Positions 54,301 to 64,000 of a DNA stretch of 64,000 nucleotides are shown one piece after another. The stretch lies in the NCBI GenBank assembly GCA_964187785.1, contig OZ076409.1, forward strand, positions 71,922,001 to 71,986,000, written 5' to 3'. Position numbers and translations under genes: made by a program. Source of the DNA: Amphiscolops sp. MND2022 (taxonomy: Eukaryota). Below the pieces are notes generated by a model, which saw only the letters and a program-made list of their open reading frames with translations, was not told the DNA's origin and did no database searches. Numbering within the stretch: the first letter of the stretch is position 1; the number at the start of each line of letters is the position of its first letter.

Positions 54301-56133
54301 TTCAAATGCACGCCATTTGCCGTATGAAAATAGCACAGAAAACTATCACATACCAATCAACTCTACTTTCATTGCAGATGAACAGAATTTTGTTTAGAAT
54401 AAACTTTACCGGATAATACAAAAATTTGATTCCTTCTAAAATGGGCCAAAATTACACGAAAAAATGGACCTTAAAATTTTAAAATGTCAAAAAATCATCA
54501 AAACCACGGCTTCTTGGGGTTCTATCAACTCCACGTGGTCCACAGAGTATGCTTAACCCGGTTTTACCCATCTTTGAGCAAAATGTGAAAATACCGACAT
54601 TTTTGGAAAAGAAAAACATGCCATTTTCTAATAAATTTCAAATGCACGCCATTTGCTGTATGAGAATAACACAGAAAGCTGTCACATACCGATCAACTCT
54701 ACTTCCATTGTAGATTATCAGAAGTTTGTTCAGAATAAATTTTGAAGGATAATAAAAAAATTTGAATCCATCAAAAATTGGCCAAAATTACACGAAAAAA
54801 TTGACCTTAAAATATCAAAATGTCAAAAAATCATCAAAACCACAATTTCTTGGCGTTCTATCAACTCCATATGATACCAAACCAAGTACTGCCAATCGTT
54901 TGAGTTATAATAAAAAAACGTCTTTTTTGGCAAGAATTCCATACCATAAATAATAATCATGTTCCATATAAGAAGCGAATCATTTCAGATATATACCCTG
55001 TTCATTTTTTTAATATTACCGATTATTAATTTATTAGATGTTTTGAATGTGAGCTTCCTAAAAGGTTCAGGTGTGATGATACGTAAATAGAACCTTAGTT
55101 TCATCGAAATCTCAATTGAATATGTCCAATCTTAACCATCAGATAACAAGAAACACTTAAGTACATTCCATCTCCCCATCGGGGGAGATGAGAATGTACT
55201 TTCGAGAAGCCAAATACGTCCAACATTCAAACTTTTGTAACTTTGTATGTAACTCCTGAAACGAAGAAGGAATAAAATTGTTTCTGGTACATACATGAGT
55301 CTTTACTTCAGCTTCTATTTCTGCTGAACAAAACCATTCGACTCTTTTGCCGGAGTTAAGATCGATTGTATTACCCAGTGAACAAAGGCATGACTGAAAA
55401 CGTTTACTACTTTGTTCATAATTTTCCGGCCTTCCGAAATGATGAAACGTCCACATAACTAAGATAGCAAGTGAATGACTGCGAAATGCACCTTATTAGA
55501 TGAGGTAAATAACGTGTAAAACTCTCCTTTATCCTAACATGAGGTTGAGTAATGATCATTTGAGAATAGTTTGATATGTGAATACAATAGTATAAAACAA
55601 GTACATTTTATATGAATAACGCCGTGGAAAGCGTTCAGAAAGGACAGTAGGCTTGTTTGGAACATGTATGTGTGGTGTCCCTTGGTGGCGTTCGCTTAGT
55701 GTATATGTCGAGGGGTATTCGAGTTGTTATGATAGAATTTACACACAAGTCTTTTGTTTTTTGGTTTTTTTAAAATGTCGTTAAGTACCTGCATTCTATC
55801 CCCTTCTCAGAGATGACGTGAAGTTACGTTTGCTAAATAAATGTCATCGAAAGATCACACTCCCGACGAAATTAACTATCTTAACACGTGTTTAGAATTT
55901 TAAATAAACAACCGTATAAGATTTTTATATTTCATTGAGTTTGATGAAGTCTTTTGTTCTTCTCACTACTATTTCAACCAATACACATATCCGTTACCAT
56001 ATCACATGTCTCCATTAGTACAACGCCACATAGCGTTCCGACGCCCACAGTCTGTGGGCATGCCAAGGCATGCCCTTCGACGACGTATGGCAAATGGAGC
56101 CATGCCCGCCGTCTTTACGGCGGTAGCGGCTAG
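51373..56133 (+). mobile_element. Unit 23, family D1 (4761 bp), head h4, tail t5
   Basis: Body near-identical to unit 7 but with a different head. Confidence 0.75.
53580..54950 (+). repeat. 336-bp tandem repeat, ~4 copies (D1)
   Basis: Copy of the unit 7 repeat block; boundaries approximate. Confidence 0.85.
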
Positions 56134-57412
56134 GTGGTCGTTAGCATGGGATTTTCTTTATGAGCGTAGTCCACTTTTTTTAGGCCGGGGTAGGGTCCCG
56201 GGCCGTTACCAATTTCTTACGGAGGAAAAATGTGAAAATCTGCGAGTTTAAAAAATTGGCCCGTACGATTTGGCTGAAAATTGGCATACAGCATCGTCTT
56301 GGGAAACAAATGACTTTGTCCTAGTGTCATTTTGCCCAGAAAATTCAAAAAGTTGGTCAAATTGAAAATTTTTTGACCGTCTAAGGCAAAAATTTGACAT
56401 TTTCGCTTTTTTTGGCCAATTTTCTTAGAATTGGTTGATTTTGGTGCAGTGAGTCATAAGAGGTTATAAGGTCTGCAAGTAGCCATCAATCGGCTTGCAT
56501 AATCAGATTTTGTCAAAAGTGTTTAGTTTTTTCAAAAATTCACACTTTTTTTTTATTTCAGTGTTTTTTGATAATTTTTATTGAATTTTTTCTAAGTTTC
56601 ACTAAATTTTTTAAAAATGTTTTAAAACACTTTTTTTGCACGTTTTTGATGTTTTTCGCTCTCCCATATAGATTTTCGCATACGGGGAAACTGAATCTGG
56701 CAACGAAATAACTTTATTCTGCAGTTCAACTTTCGCCATTTTTAATTGTTGAAAAATCACTCATTTTCAACCTAACGAGTGAAAATATCAGAATTTAAAA
56801 ACATAAAGTTGAGTTTAAGGAGACTTACAGGTGGAAACAAATGCTCAGAAACAAATAGATTTCTTGTATTAGCCAAAGAAAGTCTTTAAAAATTCTTTTT
56901 ACTTTCTTTAAATCAAATTTCAACTATTTTTAAGAAATTTGGCAGTGAAAAAAAATTATAATTTTTAAATTAAAAAAAACTTGCTTTGTTGGTCATTTCC
57001 GTTTGTCATTATTAGCTGTGTAATTCACCAACACGTTTCAAGTTATTTTGACCCAATTTGAAAATTTTTGATACTGCATAATCTATCCGAGAGAACGAAA
57101 CAGTTGTGTACATTCCATCTCCCTCCTGGGGGAGATGAGAATGTACTTGCCAAAGTCCAGGTACTACAGACCATATTTGTTTTATGCGACGCCGTCTATA
57201 CTAATGCACATGAATACAAATTGTTTGTCTGAATTTTACTTCTGACTTGACGTATGCTGTACGTTTGGTACTGACAATACCCATCATATACATAACAAGC
57301 GTCAACGCCACATACCCTTACCAACGCCCATAGTCCGTAGGCATGCCGAGGCATGCCTTTCGACGACGCGCGCCAAACACAAGCGCGCCCGCACTTTTGC
57401 GGTAGCAGCTAG
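56134..57412 (+). mobile_element. Unit 24, family C (1279 bp), diverged copy
   Basis: Colinear with units 3/8, with many substitutions in the middle and conserved ends. Confidence 0.75.
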
Positions 57413-60400
57413 GTGGGCGGGGGTAATTCCCCAACAAAAAAATCGGCCGGCGGGTCGGGTCCTGCAGGCCGTCCAAAATCAAAATCCTCCTAGTAGAAAA
57501 CGGCATGTCAAACGAGCTATTTTTTTATTTAACCATACGAATTTCACCATTTTTTGCATGCGGCCCTGAAATGGCCATACGAGACGAAGTTCCTGCTGAC
57601 GTTTTGCGATGTAAATGTTTTATATAAAGTTGTGGCCGATTTGTCACTTACCTAGAAGGGCAAAATGAGGAAAATTTTTACAAAGTCGCTGATAACTCAA
57701 AATGTGGTAATTTTTGGACTTTGACTGTGAAACAAGCTTGGAACCTTCATTTCGTGGCTGTGGCATTGCATTGAACACAAAAGATCTAAGGTTTTTACAT
57801 TTTTTGAAAATTCGACATTTTTGAAAATTTTTTCACTACTATCAGTACCCCATATGTCAAAAACACCTCAGAAAAAAATTTTTATTTGCTTTAAATTGAA
57901 AACCTTGGTAGCCATGGTTTCTGTCGGAACATACTCGCTGCCAAACACCCAACAGTTTGCATCCAGTGTGAATTTAAAAAATTTTTTCGAGGTCTTAGGT
58001 GTTTCACAAGGATTTCTCAACTTAGTATCAAATTACAAATTGGTCATTTTAAACACATTATTTTCATCGAAGCGTGTCAGATACCGCCCTAATGCTCACG
58101 AACGGGCCTACTGGCAACGTTGGAACAATTTATAGTAATATAAAAGGTTTAAAAAATTTTTTTCACCCGGTCTTCAGTCATTTTTCAGACATTCGGAACA
58201 TAACTTAGAAAATTTTCGACCCAAATACCCATTTTTTGTCAGGTCGAAAATTAAAATTCAGCTATTAAAGCAAAATTATTTACTCTGACGTAACCAGTGG
58301 GGCCCATGATACTCAAAAACACCATTGGCACTGGTACCAATGGCTCCAATAACATATGAGTCGCGATAAGACGTTATTTTGAGCAATACGTCTCAATTGA
58401 GGTAAAGATCTCTCAAGCCTGGGATCACAGTTAAAAGTGATTTCGTCACAAATTTACTCTTTTTCGTCAATCACTATGTACACAGAGTGCGTAGGGTGAG
58501 TTTCAGCACTATAATGCGGTTTTTGAAGGAATCGGTCTGCTCAAGGGGTGGTATGAGACATTTTTTTTGCATGTAGTACTATATTTCTCAAAACTTTTAG
58601 CCCAATATCTCGAAAAGCTCACTTCGCAAATTACTTTCAGTTACTCTATTCGAAGCTTAGAATATACATGAACACTGTGGTTGATCAGAAACTCTTGACT
58701 ATTTTGTTTTTGGAAAAAAACTGCCTTGCATGTGTTACATTAGTGGCAGGAAAAATACCAGTAGCTCCAAAAATCACAATTTTGGACGGACAGACCTGCA
58801 ATGATGCAAAGCAAAAACGTTTCAACAACTTCTGGCGCCACTTTTTTTACCCAAGAGGTTCGAAATTACTATTAACAATGCTGACATTCGCTATAAATAA
58901 GATCGAGGTCAATTTACTAACACTTAGGTTATACATTTATATCTGAGAAACCATTCTTTGTCAGGTCGCAATTTTAAATTTAGTTTGGGAAGCAATACTT
59001 TTCACTCTGAAGCAAACCGTTGGGCCCAAATTACTCAAAAACTACAAAAAGACTGTCACCATATGCCCTAATAGCATATGAGATTCGACCGTATGTTTTT
59101 AACACAAAAACTCTCATCCGAAGTAAACATGTTGAAAGCCTTGAATCACCGTGAGAAATGATTTCATCAAAAAATATTCCTTTTTCGTCAATCTTTATCT
59201 ACACAGAACACGTTGTGTCATTTTCAGCCGTGAAATGAGCTTCTACCGTAATATGGGTTGCTCAAGGTGTTGTATAAGACAAAAACTTCCTCTTTTCTAC
59301 TATCTTCTTCAAATATTTCAACCCTTTGTCACAAGAAGTTAATATTCAAAATCTCTTTGAAATGTTTCTTTAGGTTGGGGTGAAGTGTTAGAACAATAAT
59401 TATGATCGAAGAATGATAGTATTGGTGTTTGGACCATGTCCGGATGAACAAATTGCAATATCATGAAAAATTTCTTACCATTTTTGGTCATTTTGTCAGT
59501 ACTAAAAATGTTAGCTGAAAAAGAATTTTTTTGATGGCACCATTGGATTCCTCTCAAAAAGTTAGCTATATGAACTGTGTAATAACCCCGTATCTTTTCA
59601 ATTTAAATAATTTTAAATAGCAAACTTTTTTGACTAAAATCCTAAAAATCATACCATTTCCTAAAAAATTTCAAATGCCCCCCATTTGACGTATAAGAAT
59701 AGCACAGAAAACTATCACAAACCGATCGACTCTACTTCCATTGTAGATTACCAGAATTTTGTTTAGAACAATTTTTGACGGATGCAAAAAAAATTTAAAC
59801 CCTCCAAAAAAGGGCCAAAATTACACGAAAAAATTGACCTTAAAATTTTAAAATGTCGAAAAATCATCAAAACCACAGCTTCTTGGGGTTCTATCAACTC
59901 CACGTGGTCCACAGAGTATGTTAAAACAAGTTTTACCCGTATTTTAGCAATATGTGAAAAAGCCGACTTTTTTGGGAATGAAAAACATACCATTTCCTAA
60001 AAAATTTCAAACGCACCCCATTTGACGTATAAGAATAGCACAGAAAACTATCACATACCGATCGACTCTACTTCTATTGTAGGTTACCAGAATCTTGTTT
60101 AGAACAATTGTTGACGGATGCAAAAAAAAATTAAACCCTCCAAAAATGGGCCAAAATTACACGAAAAAATTGACCTTAAATTTTTAAAATGTCAAAAAAT
60201 CATCAAAACCACAGCTTCTTGGGGTTCTATCAACTCCACGTGGTCCACAGAGTATGCTAAAACAGGTTTTACATGTTTCTGAGCTATATGTGAAAAAACC
60301 GACATTTTGGGGAAGAAAAACATACCATTTCTTTAAAAATTTCAAATGCACGCCATTTGCCGTATGAGAATAGCACAGAAAACTATCACATACCGATCAA

Positions 60401-62177
60401 CTCTACTTCTATTGTAGATTATCAGATTTTTGTTTAGAACAAACTTTTATGGATATAAAAAATTTTTAAACCCTCCAAAAATGAGCCAAAATAACACGAA
60501 AAAATGGACCCTAAATTTTTAAAATGTCAAAAAATTATCCAAACCACAGCTTCTTGGGGTTCTATCAGCTCCACATGGTCCACAGAGTATGCTAAAACAG
60601 GTTTTGCCCGTTTTTGAGCAGTATATGAAAAAGCCGACATTTTTGGGGAAGAAAAACATACCATTTCCTAAATAATTTCAAATGCAGGCAATTTGCCGTA
60701 TGAGAGTAGCACAGAAAACTATCACACACCGATCAACTCTACTTCTTTTGTAGATTATCAGAATTATGTTTAGAGTAAAGTTTTATGGATATGAAAAATT
60801 TTTATACCCTCCAAAAATGGGCCAAAATGACACGAAAAAATTGACCTCAAATTTTTAAAATGTCAAAAAATTATCCAAACCACAGCGTCTTGGCGTTCTA
60901 TCAACTCCAAATGACCTTCAGAGTATACCAAACCAGGTATTGCCAATCTTTTGAGCAATATTTAAAAACACCGACTATTTGGCAAGAACACCATAATATG
61001 TTCCATATAAGAAGTGAATCATTCCACATATATACCCGGTCTAATATTTCCAAATTAGCGATAACATTTATACATGATGGTTTTTGAAAGTGAGCTTCAT
61101 AAGAGGTTGAGATGTAATAATACGTAAATGGACCCTAAGTTTCATTGAAATCTCAATGGAATACGTCCAATCAACTTCAATCCTAACTATTATATAACAA
61201 AAAACACTTGAGTACATTCCATCTCCCCATCGGGGGAGATGAGAATGTACTTTTCAAAAGCCAAAAACTTCGAATTTTAAATCTTTTGTAACATTGTATG
61301 TGACTGTTGAAACGATGAACGAATGAAAATGCTTCTAGTACCTTCATCAATTTTTGCTTCAGCTCCTATTTCTGCAGAACAAAACCAAAAGACACACTTA
61401 CAGCAGTTAAGTTCGATTGTATAACTCAGTGAGTAAAGGTATGACTGAGGAAGTTCACAAGTTGTTTCAAAAGTTTCCGGCCTTCCAAAATCATGAAACG
61501 TCCACACAACCAAGATAGCAAGTGAAAGAATGCTGAATGCACCTTATTAGATGAGATAAATAATGTGTGGAACTTGCCATTATCTCAAGATGACGTTGAT
61601 TTATGATCTTTTAAGGATAGTTCGATATGTGACCACAATAGTGGAAAACTTATTACTATTTGAAGAACACCGTGGAAAGCGTTCAGAAAGGACAGTATAT
61701 TTGTTTCGAGCATGCATGCGTGTGTTCCTTTGGTGACGTTAGCTTAGTGTACATGACGGAGGTATTCGAGAGATTATGATAGAGTTTACTCACAAGTCTT
61801 TGTTTTTTTAAACTTTCTATGCCGTTGAGTACATTCGTAAGGTACATCCATCCCCTTCTCTGGGAATGTACGTTTGCCAAATGACTGTCATCCAAAATTC
61901 GTAATCCGGACGAGTTTAACTACATAAACATGTGATGAGCGTTTTCAATTCACAACCGAATAACATTTTTTTTCTCGAAAATGATGATGGTTTTGATTTT
62001 GATGTCTTCTACTTTTATCATCATGCAAACGACCTTACCATGTCTCTCTTCTGTCGTCATTTGTACAACGCCACATAGCGTTCCGACGCCCACCGTCTGT
62101 GGGCATGCCGAGGCATGCCCTTCGACGACGTATGCCAAATGAGCCATACCCGCACTCTGGAGTGCGGTAGCGGCTAG
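57413..62177 (+). mobile_element. Unit 25, family D2 (4765 bp), head h4, tail t8
   Basis: First ~0.7 kb like A units 9/14; from ~58.4 kb like unit 18. Confidence 0.75.
59625..60990 (+). repeat. 336-bp tandem repeat, ~4 copies (D2)
   Basis: Copy of the unit 18 repeat block; boundaries approximate. Confidence 0.85.
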
Positions 62178-64000
62178 GTGGGCGGGGGTAATTCCCCAAC
62201 AAAAAAATCGGCCGGCGGGTCGGGTCCTGCCGGCCGTCCAAAATCAAAATCCTCCTAGTAGAAAACGGCATGTCAAACGAGCTATTTTTTTATTTAACCA
62301 TACGAATTTCACCATTTTTTGCATGCGGCCCTGAAATGGCCATACGAGACGAAGTTCCTGCTGACGTTTTGCGATGTAAATGTTTTATAAAAAGTTATGG
62401 CCGATTTGTCACTTACCTAGAAGGGCAAAATGAGGAAAATTTTTACAAAGTCGCTGATAACTCAAAATGTGTTAATTTTTGGACTTTGACTGTGAAACAA
62501 GCTTGGAACCTTCATTTCGTGGCTGGGGCATTGGACTGAACACAAAAGATGTAAAGTTTTTACGTTTTTTGAAAATTCGACATTTTTGAAATTTTTTTCA
62601 CTACTATCAGTACCCCATATGTCAAAAACACCTCAGAAAAAAATTTTTATTTGCTTTAAATGGGAAACCTTGGTATCCATGGTTTCCGTCAGTACCTACT
62701 CGCTGCCAAACGCTCAACAGTTTGCATCCAATGTGAAAATATAATTTTTTTCGAGGTCATAGGTGTTTCACAAGGATTTCTCAACTTAGTATCTATTTAC
62801 AAATTGGTCATTTTGAACACATTATTTTCATCGAAGCGTGTCAGATACCACCCTAATGCTCACGAATGGGCCTACTGGCAACGTTGGAACCATTTTTAGT
62901 AATAGAAAGTATTAAAAAAATATTTTCACCCGGTCTTCAGTCATTTTTCAGACATTCGGTACTTAACTTAGAAAAATTTCGCATCAAAAACCCATATTTG
63001 GTAGGGTCGAAATTTGAAATTCAGTTTTTTATGCAAAATTATTAACTCTGACGTAACCAGTGGAGCCCATGATACTCAAAAACACGATTGGGACTGGTAT
63101 CAGTGGCTCCAATAACATATGAGCCGCGATAAGACGTTATTCAGAGCAAACGCTCTAAATCGAAGTAAACATCTCTGAAGCCTGGGATCACAGTGAAATG
63201 TGATATCACCAAAAGTTTACTCTTTTTTGTCAATCACTATGTACACAGAGTGCGTAGGGTGAGTTTCAGGACTATAATGAGGTTTTTGAAGTAATCGCGC
63301 TGCTCAAGGGGTGGTATGAGACTATTTTTTCCCATATACTACTACATTTCCATAAATTTGCAGTCCATTGTCTTGGAAAGATAACTTCACAAAAACAATT
63401 TTTCTACTCTATTCAGTTATTAGAATAAAGTTGAACACTGTGGTTGATCAGAAATGCTCAATTCTTTTGGTTTTTTAAAAAATTCCTTCGCATTCGTTAC
63501 ATTTGTGGAAGGAAGGTTATCAGTAGCTCCAAAAAAAAACGAAATTTAGCACGAACAGACATGCAACGATGCAAAGCAAAAACGTTTTTACAACTTCCGA
63601 CGTCATTATTTTACCCAAGAAGATTGAAAATATCATTCGCAATGCTGTCATTCGCTATATATACGATCGCGGTCAATTTACAAACATTTAGATTTCATTG
63701 TTCTGCTTGAAAACCAATTTTTGTCAGGTCGAAATTTTAAATTTTGCCTGGGGAGCAATACCCTTCACGCTGAAGTAAACAGTGGGGCCCAAGTTACTCA
63801 AAAACAAGAAAGAGACTGCTACAATATGTCCTAATAACATATGGACCACGATAGTACGCTTTTCACACAAAAAACTCTCATCCGAAGTAAATATGTTGAA
63901 AGCTTTTAATCACCGTGAGAAGTGATTTCATCAAAAAATAACTCTTTTTTGTCAATCACTATTTACACAGAATTTGTAAAGTTAGTTTGAGTCATGAATT
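62178..64000 (+). mobile_element. Unit 26, family D1, head h4, truncated by window end
   Basis: Matches units 7/23 through the start of the internal duplication. Confidence 0.7.

Larger units (their letters stand above)
1..64000 (+). repeat. Composite head-to-tail array of 26 non-autonomous element-like units (families A, B, C, D) joined at invariant GCTAGGTG junctions
   Basis: Junction CTAG starts at 1940, 4731, 6009, 7982, 9966, 11951, 16711, 17989, 19981, 21968, 23957, 25942, 27933, 29926, 31915, 33897, 35881, 40645, 42631, 47392, 49380, 51369, 56130, 57409, 62174; each is preceded by the same ~110-bp conserved module; all units have the same orientation. Confidence 0.95.

Noticed and set aside
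1837..62180. CRISPR array (conserved palindromic repeat with variable intervening DNA)
   Set aside because: Intervening segments are 1.2-4.7 kb and themselves repeated; no cas genes.
434..63710. Short ORFs in the six-frame track (MLKIGNLG.., MIENAIHNG.., MLFLRSWLD.., MNTVVDQK.., junction-spanning ..GMPRHALRRR..)
   Set aside because: They recur only because the DNA is repeated. Sibling copies have stops and homopolymer frameshifts, several overlap in conflicting frames, and I recognise no domain.
1..64000. rDNA, 5S, tRNA, snRNA or histone gene tandem cluster
   Set aside because: No recognisable rRNA, tRNA, snRNA or histone sequence in any unit. An Rfam scan of the conserved tail would be the formal test.
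1..64000. Assembly artefact from collapsed or duplicated reads
   Set aside because: Copies carry private substitutions and consistent subfamily-diagnostic variants, and junctions are precise. This is unlike mis-assembly, though long-read confirmation is still advisable.

Overview
The whole 64 kb is one uninterrupted head-to-tail array of 26 non-coding units (24 complete, 2 cut by the window edges) from four families. Family A is ~1.98-1.99 kb (15 copies, several subtypes). Family B is GC-richer (2791 and 1973 bp, 2 copies). Family C is 1278-1279 bp (3 copies). Family D is ~4.76 kb (6 copies, subtypes D1/D2) and shares its first ~1.3 kb with A. All 25 junctions contain the same 8-mer GCTAGGTG, with no host DNA between units. 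Bodies differ between families but the ends are conserved. The ~110-bp right end has two CRACGCC-like direct repeats, a 20-bp palindrome (RGGCATGCCR AGGCATGCCY) matching the p53-family response element at 19/20, and co-varying GC-rich hairpins ending 6-8 nt before CTAG, like a Helitron 3' end. The left end has a hairpin with a conserved T(A/T/C)GGGT loop and co-varying stem. Tail and head types are freely recombined at the 8-mer. This suggests non-autonomous elements that integrate site-specifically at each other's ends, giving an integron-like cassette train. No credible protein-coding gene, transposase, RNA gene or CRISPR array is visible. The DNA looks like AT-rich eukaryotic repeat DNA (inference; host unknown). 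Unit boundaries are placed after CTAG by convention; the true break could lie anywhere in GCTAGGTG.
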